From Eledone cirrhosa (taxonomy: Eukaryota), in contig CAXHJY010001017.1 in the NCBI GenBank assembly GCA_964016885.1, positions 1-64,000 of the forward strand: 64,000 bases of DNA, read 5' to 3'. How positions within the stretch are numbered: the first letter of the stretch is position 1; each line of letters begins with the position of its first letter. Shown in pieces: positions 14,963-28,939 of this stretch. The notes under the pieces are model-generated. The model saw nothing but the letters and a program-made list of their open reading frames with translations, was not told the DNA's origin and made no database searches. Made by a program: the position numbers and the translations under genes.

Positions 14963-15034
14963 CCATATACTACATATATATATATACTATATATACACAC
15001 ATAAATACATATGTATGTATATATATATATATAT

Positions 15035-15140
<106 letters not shown>

Positions 15141-15526
15141 TTAGAAACTGAAGCCCAAAGGTGAAAAATGCAGAAATTATACATTACGCATTTGTTGTTT
15201 TCCTAGTTACATATTTTGAGAAATTTTATCTGAAAAATATAATTAAATTAGAATTAAGACAAATTTATCTTTTTAGGCGGAAATGTTAGGTTAGTGAAAA
15301 ATTAAAATAATCGATATTTTAAAATGTTATTCACCACCGGATGTAGAGAAGGACGTCGACGGAAGTGGGGATGGGGGTGTCAAATGTTAGCAGTGAGAAT
15401 TTGATGTTATCGTTGATATAACTAGAAGTAGTAATGAATTGTATAGGTTGTGTGTGTTTGTATGTGTTTGTATGTATGTATGCATGTATGTATGTATATG
15501 TATGTATATATATGTATGTATGTATA

Positions 15527-15559
<33 letters not shown>

Positions 15560-15584
15560 ATATATATATATGTATGTATGTATG

Positions 15585-15678
<94 letters not shown>

Positions 15679-15681
<3 letters not shown>

Positions 15682-16530
15682 GAGAGACGTAAAATAAGAA
15701 AATTATAAAAATTAACTTACTTACTAAAATTTCACTCCAACTAATTAGTTTCTGAAAGGGAATAAACGTAGTTTCCGAAGAAACGTACGGAGAAGCCTTT
15801 CGTCATCAGGGAAGTCTATTCTCAGCTAAGTTTCCAGGCAATACGTGGACACAGGGAACTTATACAAAAATAATTCAGTGGATGGAAAAAAGCAAAGCGT
15901 GGACTAAGTTCCAAGCCATTGAAAAAACACTGCCTACTGCGTCGGTGGCAAATTCAAAAGAATCAATCACGTGACATCGAGGTCAATCAGTGAAGAGTGG
16001 TTTGTTAAGAAGACAGCAGCCGGACTGTTACTATGAACTATAGTAGCAGTTTTGGCCAATTTTGGCTCGACAAAATAATTTGGAGGTAATTATAAAGAAT
16101 TAGTATATTTACTAACATATATATACAGATGCATACCTATGCCAGCAAATATATAGGTTTTGTCTTAGTAACTTTGTGGTTCAATGCATGGGGATGCAGA
16201 ACAATAATATGAGAGACGTAAAATAAGAAAATTATAAAAATTAACTTACTTACTAAAATTTCACTCCAACTAATTAGTTTCTGAAAGGGAATAAACGTAG
16301 TTCCCGAAGAAACGTACGGAGAAGCCTTTCGTCATCAGGGAAGTCTATTCTCAGCTAAGTTTCCAGGCAATACGTGGACACAGGGAACTTATACAAAAAT
16401 AATTTAGTCTTTCATATTATTGTTCTGCATCCCCATGCATTAAACCACAAAGTTACTAAGACAAAACCTATATATTTGCTGGCATAGGTATGCATCTGTA
16501 TATATATGTTAGTAAATATACTAATTCTTT
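15679..16530. mobile_element. Family F element: tandem direct repeat plus terminal inversion
   Basis: 15679-15874 recurs at 16208-16403, and 16407-16530 is the reverse complement of 16095-16218. A possible degenerate HHR core (CTGATGA...GAAA) lies on the minus strand near 15770-15810. Confidence 0.8.
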
Positions 16531-16541
16531 ATATGTGTATA

Positions 16542-16604
<63 letters not shown>

Positions 16605-16647
16605 ATATATATGTATATATATATGTATATGTATGTATATATGTATG

Positions 16648-16681
<34 letters not shown>

Positions 16682-17060
16682 TGTATATATATATGTATAT
16701 GTATGTATATATGTATGTATATGTATGTATATATATGTATATATGTATATGTATGTATATATATATGTATATATGTATATTACATTCGTTCAGCGCATCG
16801 GTAGGGGTTCTCCTACATGGATATAAAGTAGTGGCCGTACTCGAAAACGAGTTGGCAGCCACCATATATGTATATATATATATGTATATATATATATATA
16901 AATGTATATATATATATATGTATATATATATATGTATATATATATATGTATATATATATATGTATATATATATATGTATATATATATATGTATATATATA
17001 TATATGTATATATATATATGGTATATATATATATATGTATATATAGTATATATATGCTAC

Positions 17061-17091
<31 letters not shown>

Positions 17092-17106
17092 GTATATATA
17101 TATATG

Positions 17107-17137
<31 letters not shown>

Positions 17138-17361
17138 GTATATCTATACTGTATCATATATATATATGTATCTATATATGTATTACATATGTACAGTATA
17201 ATATACTGTATATATACTATATACCTGATATACTATATATATATGTACATCTATATATATAATGTTCTACACTCTATCAGAGTATTCTTCTCCTACGAAT
17301 TCTGCCTTGACAAAGGCTAAGGGGTGATTTTGGATGGCCATTGACTCTTAAGAGCTCCTTT

Positions 17362-17703
17362 GCTCTGATAGTATCCAATGATGTTGAGTTGTTCTTCTTT
17401 TTGGTAAATATCATCTTGGTTAAGAGAGTGGGACTGGCTTTGTGCAGTGCCTTTGCTCACTATAAAAGCTTCACGGCACAGGCATTGCTTTATATCTGGA
17501 GATCTCTCTGCACTTGTCGTCACATGGTACCATGGGCCCAGCACTATGTGTCAGTAATTGTCACAAGTGTAGTGTTTGTACCAGAGTTTTCAAGTCGCTG
17601 GGCTGGACTAAAATGTCACACTGGTTCAGCGCATTGGTAGGGGTTCTCCTACATGGATATAAAGTAGTGGCCGTACTCGAAAACGAGTTGGCAGCCACCA
17701 CCA
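17362..17703 (+). mobile_element. Second copy of the RTE-like-tailed retroposon
   Basis: High similarity to 12488-12824. Confidence 0.7.
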
Positions 17704-17733
17704 TATATGTATGTATGTGTGTGTATATATATA

Positions 17734-17774
<41 letters not shown>

Positions 17775-18037
17775 AGGATCGATCGACTTTCGTCAAATCG
17801 GACCGGGGAAACAATGTTTTTCGTCGGTCTTTCCAGTTGCTAAGTACTATCTATTGGTCGCAACTCCAGGTATATATATATAGTGGAACTACCTGTTGAA
17901 ACGGCAAGAGCTCAGCCGTCGGGGTCGGTCCTGACCTTTTCATATAACCATATTCTACTACTCCAAGTATCGAGTACTCTGGTGAGTAATGGTCCAAACA
18001 GAATTTTACTGCATCCATTTTGGTATATATATATATA

Positions 18038-18205
18038 TAGGAACAAGTATGACCCCGACGGCAGAGCTCAAGCCTTTTCGACGGCTAATTCTGGACTCAA
18101 ACCGTCGGGGTCATACTTGTTCCTATTACCCACTCTACTACCCTAAGTATTGAGTACTTTGGTGCGTTATGGTCCATCTGGTTCCTTACTACATTTCCTT
18201 CGTTT
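18038..18205. mobile_element. Family E short fold-back element
   Basis: TAGGAACAAGTATGACCCCGACGG ... CCGTCGGGGTCATACTTGTTCCTA plus ~80-nt tail. Confidence 0.8.
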
Positions 18206-18210
18206 TATAC

Positions 18211-18268
<58 letters not shown>

Positions 18269-18336
18269 GATGCTGTGGTTACATATATCGTTTAATCATT
18301 ATAATTATTTCCACGGTTCTCCATGCATTCGAGATG

Positions 18337-18400
18337 CCATTACCAAAGGTTTCTGGATTCCAGACAATATTAATATACGTCTGGATCGTTCATCAGACAG
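18337..18400 (-). ncRNA. Candidate hammerhead ribozyme
   Basis: CTGT-CTGATGA-(TCCAGAC..GTCTGGA stem II)-GAAA-CCTTTGG-TA-ATGG. Stem I needs two G-U pairs. Confidence 0.55.
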
Positions 18401-18694
18401 AGATGAAAATATGAAATGAGATTTTAAATCTGTGATTAAGAAACCAGTATTAGTTAGCCCTATATCAATATCTGTGTGTTTCTTAATGGTACGATATATA
18501 GGGCTGAAACACTAGCCTGAGATGGGGTCTTCTTTTCAGAAAACCTTCTGCTGTCCAGTATTCAGTTGTGGTTTTAAGTTAAAAACTTAAAACCACAACT
18601 GAATACTAACCCATACAATCACTAATACTCTTTTATTCCTAATTAAACCATTTTTCAACTGTGAACAATTTGTCAGCATTTTCTATTCCGTTTA

Positions 18695-18766
<72 letters not shown>

Positions 18767-18788
18767 ATAAGGCGTTGTTGTAAAAGAG

Positions 18789-18846
<58 letters not shown>

Positions 18847-18993
18847 ATTAAAATACTGGAGCGTGTTGGAGTTAAACACCCTCTTCGTATTATAGAAATG
18901 ACAGTAAAAGGTATAGCTCAATGCAGTTAAACAGAGCCGAAAAATTAAGAGAGTAAAACAAAGAAGCCTTTAATACATCAAAAGTTTTTATTA

Positions 18994-19031
18994 GCCGACA
19001 ATGTTTCGTCCTATTAAGGACTCATCAGGGC
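18994..19031 (-). ncRNA. Minimal type I hammerhead ribozyme
   Basis: GCC-CTGATGA-GTCC ttaata GGAC-GAAA-CATTG-TC-GGC followed by TAATAAA. Confidence 0.88.
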
Positions 19032-20852
19032 AATTAAAACAACAAGAAGTAATATCGGCAGATACGAGCCGGAAGCTCCGAAGAATATGGAGTGTACATA
19101 CACTAAAGTCTTGCAAAAATATATAATAAAAATAATAAAAATATATAATAAGAATAACTAAGGATGTATATAACATTAAGAACCATATTACAAATATAGT
19201 CCAAAGCAAATAACCTAGAGCTAAACAAAGGTGGTTATTTAGAGCAGGAATTATATATAACACAATGTAATATAATATAATACATTATAATAATAAACCT
19301 TTACCAACATTAAAATTACAATAAAAATCAAAAGGTACAATATGCACATGTATATATGTGCGCACACGCACACACACACACACACATACAACAATACGCA
19401 CATCTATCTTCAACTACACAAATCAAACCTTATTAGGAGTTTGAATATAAAAATAAGCATGATAAGAGTGAAAATAATAATAATAATAATACCAATACAT
19501 CTACCCAATATACATGAGGTAATAATACGATATAATTACAAGAAACACATATAATAAATAATAAACAATAAAATTATATAATTCAATATAATAGATAATG
19601 CCCGGTTAATTTACACAAACAATATAGATGTCACAATAATAATATAATAATAATATATTAACAATGTACTAACATTTACAATAAACAATATATACAAATC
19701 GATTCATACTGGGTTACAGAGTAAATGAGGAAAAATAAATGATACAATATTCAAAAAACATTATGATGGTACAGAAAAAAATACAGACATCTTACATGAT
19801 ATATAAAGTTTAAATATCATAATGTTACATATAATGAACAGTAAGTAATAAGGATCAATATTACAATACAATGTAATATAATATATTATATAAAATAAAT
19901 TGACATAAAATAATATATAAATACTTATAATTACAAGGTTAGTAGACAGACATATGTGGATGTGTAAGTAAGTGCCAGACAGTGAATAGTAAATAGTAAA
20001 TATGATGCCCAGTAGTATTTCAAATACAATATAGAATATAAAATATAGAATAAAATAAATAAATATAATCAACCGGAAATTACAAAACAAAAACAAATAT
20101 ATACATTTAGGTCTCACATGCGGTTAAGTAGTTAGGTAAAAACTAAGGAAAACAATCCCTGTAAATGACTCAAAACCCTATTTGATAAATTATTATTAAT
20201 AATATTTAAACTATCCAATAAGGTAGTATAATATTAGCTATAGTTTAAGTCATTAAAGTTTATAAACTTTAATATTTCGTTACAAATGTTTACAAAAAGG
20301 AATGAAATTTTTTACTATCATATACATAACGATATCTAAAAAACTGACTTAAGTAGAATTAAGGTAGGCTAATGGGGACAGAATTGAAGAAATATATGGA
20401 GGATGCAAAGGGGCATAAAATATAGTCGATATACTATAATAAATAATAGAACGGACTTTAAAAGAGGGGGGGGGGGTTAAATATAATCATAGTCAATTTG
20501 GAGGGGTTGACAATAAGTTCATGTGCGCATGGGGGGAAGGGGGGAGGGGAGGGGGGTATCCAAAGATGAATCTGAATAAAAATAAAAATAAAATTAAAAA
20601 TAAAATTAAAAATAAAAATGAAGATAATAATAAAATAAAGTAAATGGCGTAAAGTATGTAATCTTATATATATTCACAAGGTGTAATAGTGAAAATTTAA
20701 TGCGTAAGAAGACAGATATGGTACAGTAGCCAAATGATTATGAGAGCTAGAATAAAGAGTTATCAAAAACCAATGATAATAATGATGATAATAATAATAA
20801 TGTTGGCAAACAAAAGAACCTAAACTAAAAAATAAGTAATGGAATATATCTG

Positions 20853-21458
20853 CTAATGGGTACAATTTGTACTACTAGAACGTTTGGGTTTATAATAAAA
20901 GTAAGAATTAGAAATAGCGTGGGGGCAAGAAGAGAATATCTCAGACTTTCTATTAAGTAAGGATACGCTAGAGAAAATTATAGAGTGTGTCTCAAGGATA
21001 CAGAGATTACAAAACTTAGTATGTGTAGAAAGGTGGTTAGAGCGTGCTACTAAACGCCAGTTAAGGCTATATGGTATATAAGCTCCCGTAAGATCCCAGA
21101 TATAATGTGCTAAAGAAGTAGAATTCTTAAACTTAACATGTTTGAAGTTAGAGATATGAGAGTTAAACCTAGTCTTAAAAGTGTTTGAAGTAGATCCTAT
21201 ATAAGTTCTATTAGAGGAGTTAGTTATAACTTCGCAAGCGTAGACAATGTTCTTAGAAAGGCAGTTACCGTTTAAAGGGCAGTTAGCACTCACTCTACAA
21301 TTGCACTTCCGGGTGTTATTGGTTGGCTCGAGTGGTGATGTATTACACGTAGGATTTCCATTAGATAAGGACTGTTCTGGTGGTAAAGCATTGTCAGATC
21401 TGTTCAGACTATTAGTATGTAGAGAGAAGAATCCATCCCTAATTTTCCTATTATTATC
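20853..21458 (-). pseudogene. C-terminal GIY-YIG endonuclease of a PLE ORF (RT part lost)
   Basis: The frame is open from the inversion junction: NNRKIR...KCNCRVSANCPLNGNCLSKNIVY..V..RTYIGST..FKTRFNSH..TSLAHYIWDL..W..CNLCILE..LLNRKSE..CPH. Confidence 0.88.
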
Positions 21459-22122
21459 GATTTGTATATATTGTTTATTGTAAATGTTAGTACATTGTTA
21501 ATATATTATTATTATATTATTATTGTGACATCTATATTGTTTGTGTAAATTAACCGGGCATTATCTATTATATTGAATTATATAATTTTATTGTTTATTA
21601 TTTATTATATGTGTTTCTTGTAAATATATCATATTATTACCTCATGTATATTGGGTAGATGTATTGGTATTATTATTATTATTTTCACTCTTATCATGCT
21701 TATTTTTATATTCAAACTCCTAATAAGGTTTGATTTGTGTAGTTGAAGATAGATGTGCGTATTGTTGTGTGTGTGTGTGTGTGTGCGTGTGCGCACATAT
21801 ATACATGCGCATATTGTACCTTTTGATTTTTATTGTAATTTTAATGTTGGTAAAGGTATATTATTATAATGTATTATATTATATTACATTGTGTTATATA
21901 TAATTCCTGCTCTATATAACCACCTTTGTTTAGCTCTAGGTTATTTGCTTTGGACTATATTTGTAATATGGTTCTTAATGTTATATACATCCTTAGTTAT
22001 TCTTATTATATATTTTTATTATTTTTATTATATATTTTTGCAAGACTTAAGTGTATGTACACTCCATATTCTTCGGAGCTTCCGGCTTGTATCTGCCGAT
22101 ATTACTTCTTGTTGTTTTAATT

Positions 22123-22160
22123 GCCCTGATGAGTCCTTAATAGGACGAAACATTGTCGGC
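22123..22160 (+). ncRNA. Minimal type I hammerhead ribozyme
   Basis: Same motif as 18994-19031, with predicted cleavage after GTC at 22157. Confidence 0.88.
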
Positions 22161-22205
22161 TAATAAAAACCTTTGATGTATTAAAGGCTTCTTTGTTTTA
22201 CTCTC

Positions 22206-22237
<32 letters not shown>

Positions 22238-22241
<4 letters not shown>

Positions 22242-22629
22242 AGGTGAGTTTTATTGTAGTACAATAAAGCAATGCAGATATCGGATAAGAAGCACTCTAC
22301 AGTTTGTAGGACTGGAGTATACATAATATATAAGAACAAAAGATGGTTAAAAGAGTTCCATGTATTTTATTATGCGCATGTATTTTATTATCCTCTATTT
22401 CATCCCCGCCCCCCTCAAAATAAAATATTTTTCCCAATATCACACATCAATCTAAAACTACTTTTCATATGTTGATTTAAAACTGCACTATCCACAAATG
22501 TGTTTTTAACCTTCATATCATGTCTTCCTGTTTTATCTGATGAAAACACAAATATTATTGCATGATGATATTTGTTTTTGAAATGCGCATAATAAAATAC
22601 ATGGAACTCTTTTAACCATCTTTTGTTCT

Positions 22630-22638
<9 letters not shown>
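22238..22638. mobile_element. Family C fold-back PLE remnant, HHR at 22529-22599 (+)
   Basis: GTTTTAT-CTGATGA-(ACAAATATTA..TGATATTTGT stem II)-GAAA-TGCGCA-TA-ATAAAAT. Confidence 0.85.
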
Positions 22639-22686
<48 letters not shown>

Positions 22687-23220
22687 TTTAATGAGGCTTT
22701 GTTTTGAAAGAGATGTATATACTATGTATGTTTATAACATGTTCGTGTGTTTAACAGCGTCGCTTTCAATGAGGTGTATATATGTTTAAATGAGGTGTAT
22801 AATAAGGTGTTGTTTTGAAAGAGATGTGCAGATATTATATGTATTTACAACATGTTTGTGTATTTAATATAGTCTTGTTTAAAATGAGGTGTATATATTA
22901 TACATGTATAATAACATGTTGGTGTATATATAACATGTTTGTGTGTTTAATATGGTGTTGTTTAAAATGAGGTGTGCATGTTATACTAAAATATGCGATG
23001 TTTTTTTTTTCATTCAATATGGCGTTGTTTTAAATTTGATTTCAAGAAATTTCTAGAGTTAATTACATGAAAGTTTAACGTAACTTCTCAGCTGCTTTAA
23101 CACTGAAAGAGAACACCAGGTGCAATGTTATTGGATGATTGAAATTGAGAAAATACACACATATACACACACTCACATACATGTATATGTATATATATTT
23201 ATATACTTATACACACACAA

Positions 23221-23279
<59 letters not shown>

Positions 23280-23310
23280 AAATATATAACCTGCATACTG
23301 AAGTACTCAA

Positions 23311-23387
<77 letters not shown>

Positions 23388-23449
23388 CATATGTATGTAT
23401 ATTTACATATACATACATACACAATGACTCATATGCATACATATACACA

Positions 23450-23497
<48 letters not shown>

Positions 23498-23559
23498 CAC
23501 ACAGACATATATACATACAAATATACACACACATACATATTTATATAGATACAGACACA

Positions 23560-23810
23560 CACATATATATATATATACACAAATACACACACACACACAC
23601 ATATATATACATATATATATATATATATAAATATATATATAATATATATATAATATATATAATTAATATATATATATATATATATAATATATATATATAA
23701 TATATATATAATATATATATATATAATATATATAATATATATATATATAAAATATATATATATATAAAATATATATATAAAATATATATATATATATAAA
23801 ATATATATAT

Positions 23811-23852
<42 letters not shown>

Positions 23853-24057
23853 ATAATATATATATATTATATATATATATATAATATATAAATATATATA
23901 TAATATATATATAATATATATATATAATATATATATAATATATATATATATAATATATATATGTATATAATATATAAATATATATATAATATATATATAA
24001 TATATATATATAATATATATATATAATATATATATAATATATATATATATAATATAT

Positions 24058-24102
<45 letters not shown>

Positions 24103-24592
24103 TATATATATAATATATATATGTATATATATATATATAAAATATATATATATATATAATATATATATGTATATATATATATATAAAAAATATATATATA
24201 TATAATATATATATGTATATATATATATATATAATATATATATATAAAAATATATATATATTTATATATATATTTATATATATATAAAATATATATATAA
24301 AATATATATATAATATATATATATAATATATATATATAATATATATATATAAAATATATATATATAAAATATATATATAATATATATATATAAAATATAT
24401 ATATATAAAATATATATATAATATATATATATAAAATATATATATATAAAATATATATATAATATATATATATAAAATATATATATATAAAATATATATA
24501 TAATATATATATATAAAATATATATATATATATAACATATATATATATATATATATATTTCGTTTCTGAATTTGTTTAGCAAGATTCTTTAT

Positions 24593-24660
<68 letters not shown>
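23560..24660. repeat. (TA)n/(TAA) compound microsatellite
   Basis: About 1.1 kb of nearly pure A/T. Confidence 0.95.
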
Positions 24661-24769
24661 TGCATGTGTGTATTTGTGTGTGAATCTTTTGAATTGTAGA
24701 AGTTCAATGGGATTTCAAATAAAACAGAATCTTAATTTTATTCCACCATGTTATCATGTTGAACAATTG

Positions 24770-24915
24770 TACTAGCGAGGCAGCACGAGGAAAGCTGCGA
24801 AATCAAAATGGCGGCGGTTCTGATTGATGATGTGTTGTAATATTTGTAGTGAGGTAAGAGGCAAGGAGGAAGGCCAAAATGGCGGCGATAGCTGATCATG
24901 AGTTCGCCGGTAGAG
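24770..24915 (+). promoter_or_regulatory. Candidate promoter / first exon with two YY1-type motifs
   Basis: CAAAATGGCGGC at 24804 and 24875 in a CpG-containing patch, with a consensus donor GAG|GTAAGA at 24853/24854. Confidence 0.5.
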
Positions 24916-24994
24916 ATAGTTTAAATTAATTTAACAGTGCGTCAAATATATATATATATATAAATGTATGTTTCTCTCCCCCTCTCTCTCTCTG

Positions 24995-25027
<33 letters not shown>

Positions 25028-25224
25028 GTATATGTATATGTATATATATTTATATATATATGTATATATATATGTATATGTATATATATTTATATATATG
25101 TATATATATATGTGTATATATATATGTATATATATATGTATATATATTTATATATATGTATATATATATATGTATATATATATATGTATATACATATGTA
25201 TATATATATGTATATATATATATG

Positions 25225-25273
<49 letters not shown>

Positions 25274-25288
25274 GTATATATATATATG

Positions 25289-25355
<67 letters not shown>

Positions 25356-25429
25356 GAATGTATATATATGAATGTATGTTTATATATAGATGTGTATATA
25401 TATATATGAATGTATATATATATGAATGT

Positions 25430-25480
<51 letters not shown>

Positions 25481-25522
25481 GAATGTATGTTTATATATAT
25501 ATGTATATATATATGAATGTAT

Positions 25523-25579
<57 letters not shown>

Positions 25580-25652
25580 TGTATATATATGAATGAATGA
25601 ATGGAATAGATTCTATAGTTGTCTATAGTGTTGGTTCTTCTTCATAAGGTTT

Positions 25653-25700
<48 letters not shown>

Positions 25701-25755
25701 TTACACGTGCACATATATATACATATAATACAGATTTACACACACACACACACAC

Positions 25756-25787
<32 letters not shown>

Positions 25788-26220
25788 TAATACAGATTTT
25801 AAAACACACACACATATATATAAATACATATATATAAATACATATATATAAATATATATATATAAATACATATATATAAATATATATATATATATATATC
25901 GAGAAAAAGAGAGTTTGAATGAAAGAGTCTTATCGTTTGTAATCTGTAAACAACGAGTTGGTTGTGGTTGTATGTGTGTCTGCTTACATTTAAAGAAGAT
26001 ACGAAATAAGATTGTCTAACGTTCGTACTTAACTGTTGTGTGGTTAATTTACTGTATAAGGTTTCTGCCAGATCTCCAATAAACACGACTTCTACTAACT
26101 ATGACACATCACGTAGCAATCAAACCATCAGTGTCTTCTCATACTGAATACTAATTTTCTTCTACATAGCTACAAAACAGTCTTAAAACGACAAAATCTG
26201 GTTGAACTAGTGTGATAACA

Positions 26221-26690
26221 TAGTTGTTTCTATTATAGGCACAAGGCCAGCAAATACCCAGTACATTACTGGTACTTTATTTTATCGACCACGTAAGGAT
26301 GAAAGGTAAAGTTAACCTCGGCGGGATTTGAACTCAGAATGGCAAGGGCCGTAACTCTATGCGTCAAAGCATGGCGTCCGACCCTCTACCGATATGCCAA
26401 TCCACTAAAATAATTGTTTCTACTTTAGGCACAAGGCCAGCAATTACCCAGTACATTACTGGTACTTTATTTTATCGACCCCATAAGGATGAAAGGCAAA
26501 GTTAACCTCGGCGGGATTTGAACTCAGTCCGTAAAGGGACGTAACTGTGCTGTAAAGCATGGCGTCCGACCCTCTACCGATGCTGCCAATCCACCTAAAA
26601 TAATTGTTTCTACTTTTGGCACAAGGCCAGCAATTATCCAGTGCATTACTGGTACTTTATTTTATCGACCCCGTAAGGATGAAAGGGAAT
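26221..26690 (-). mobile_element. Tandem array of 3 S1 SINEs
   Basis: Same A/B box and core as 2391-3160. The third unit is truncated. Confidence 0.85.
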
Positions 26691-26755
26691 AATGATCTCC
26701 AACATTTCAGCAGAGTACTCGAAATGGCAAGAGATCAGCCGTCGGACTCGGTCCC

Positions 26756-26893
<138 letters not shown>

Positions 26894-27290
26894 AACGAGT
26901 GGGACCACCCCGACGGCTGAGCTCAAGCCGTTCGAATCTCGAACCCGTACGGGTTCGAGAATCGAACTCACAACCTTACTATTGCGACATAACCACGAAG
27001 CAGCAACATAACCACGAAGCCCACCATAAACATATGAAACATACCTCACCATGCAGCAGCTTGCAGCTGTCCTAGTATTTCGATAGATTCAATTAAGCGC
27101 ATGTCCTAAAGGACACCTATTTTATACCGAAAACGTTCAATAAATTTCCCCAAAGGTTAATGAAAGAATTTTTGTTTCAATTATAATCTGGATTATATAA
27201 AATGATTTAGCACAACAGCATTCCATGTCTTGTTAACTCGCTTTCTCTCTCTTGCTGTCCCCATCTCTCTTTCTCTCTTTCTCTGCTACT

Positions 27291-27321
<31 letters not shown>

Positions 27322-27388
27322 GTCTGCCTCGCTCTGTGTCTCTCACTCGTTCCCTCTCTCAGTCTCTCTCTATATGTGTGTTTGTGTA

Positions 27389-27428
<40 letters not shown>

Positions 27429-27431
<3 letters not shown>

Positions 27432-27470
27432 TTACGAGATGGATATGTATGATGTATATTCATATGTGTG

Positions 27471-27532
<62 letters not shown>

Positions 27533-27562
27533 TTACGAGATGGATATGTATGATGTATATTC

Positions 27563-27620
<58 letters not shown>

Positions 27621-27650
27621 TTACGAGATGGATATGTATGATGTATATTC

Positions 27651-27712
<62 letters not shown>

Positions 27713-27742
27713 TTACGAGATGGATATGTATGATGTATATTC

Positions 27743-27750
<8 letters not shown>
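27429..27750. repeat. Minisatellite: four copies of a ~40-bp unit separated by variable (TA)n
   Basis: GGTTACGAGATGGATATGTATGATGTATATTCATATGTG at 27429, 27531, 27619 and 27711. Confidence 0.9.
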
Positions 27751-27799
<49 letters not shown>

Positions 27800-27949
27800 A
27801 ACACGCACACACACATACACACATGTATATACATATATTTTTGTATATATCTTGGCATGCTATGTATTATATATATATATATATATAAAATGTATATAAA
27901 TTAAAAACACACGGTGTTTTATTCAACCCTTTATCATTCTCTCTCTCTC

Positions 27950-28065
<116 letters not shown>

Positions 28066-28339
28066 ATATACAATGTGCAACGTCCGATTTCCTTATGCAA
28101 TTTCAAATTAAAACTGGACATTTGATAGTTAATGACCTCACACACACACATTCTCACACACACATACACACACACACACATACACACATTCTCTCTCACA
28201 CACACACACATATATATGTATACAAAACTTCCGCCCTCTCTCTCATTCCGCCCTCTCTCTCATTCTCTCTCTCTCTCGTTCTCTATATATGTGTGCATCA
28301 ACCCGCACGTCCCCTTAATCTATCTTATTTCTCATTCTT

Positions 28340-28375
28340 TCTTCTGATGAAGGACTAGTGTCTGAAACGTTAAGA
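28340..28375 (+). ncRNA. Candidate minimal hammerhead ribozyme
   Basis: TCTT-CTGATGA-a-GGAC tagt GTCT-GAAA-CG-TT-AAGA, with palindromic ACGT stem III. Confidence 0.65.
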
Positions 28376-28532
28376 CCCTCTTCCTGCTATATCAAGCGTT
28401 AACCTAATATATCCCTTCCATATACTGTACTGATTGTGTTGTTATTTCTGTTTACCTTTTACATATATATATATATATATATATATAGTGATGAAACATA
28501 AGTCAGTTGCATGAACTCATAATCCTTTATTT

Positions 28533-28588
28533 ACTGCTATATATATTTCGTTGATAGCCATTGAGTGGCTATGACCTCATCAGGCAGT
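28533..28588 (-). ncRNA. Minimal type I hammerhead ribozyme
   Basis: ACTGC-CTGATGA-G..ATAGCCA ctcaa TGGCTAT..C-GAAA-TATATA-TA-GCAGT, then AATAAA. Confidence 0.85.
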
Positions 28589-28825
28589 TAGTCAGTTCTT
28601 AGATATGCCAGCTCTGTGTTTATAGTGTTGATGGTATCAGAGCCTTGGGATTTATATATATATATATATAAATGGATAAAAGATGTATGATGTATAAATA
28701 TATATATATATATATATAGGAGTAAGTAAGACCCCGACGGCTGAGCTCAAGCCGTTTCGACGGCTAATTCAGTACTTTGGTGCGTTATGGTCCACCTGGT
28801 TCCTTACCACTTTTCCTTCGCTATA

Positions 28826-28873
<48 letters not shown>

Positions 28874-28894
28874 CATATACATACATAAACAGAT

Positions 28895-28939
<45 letters not shown>

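Larger units (their letters stand above)
18843..22210 (-). mobile_element. 5'-truncated Penelope-like retroelement with inverted pseudo-LTR
   Basis: 18944-19703 and 21456-22210 are near-identical inverted arms, each with an HHR. A ~100-nt tail is present only on the left arm. GIY-YIG ORF remnant inside, (TA)n on both flanks. Confidence 0.92.

Noticed and set aside
21891-22163. Duplicated 90-aa ORF (also 18991-19263) and recurrent MQISDKKH ORFs (22272, 48746, 63510)
   Set aside because: They recur only because they lie in repeated pLTR arms or overlap the ribozymes, and carry no protein motif.
27429-27750. CRISPR-like repeat-spacer pattern (also 6655-7325 and 51836-52075)
   Set aside because: Spacers are just (TA)n, there are no cas genes, and the context is eukaryotic.
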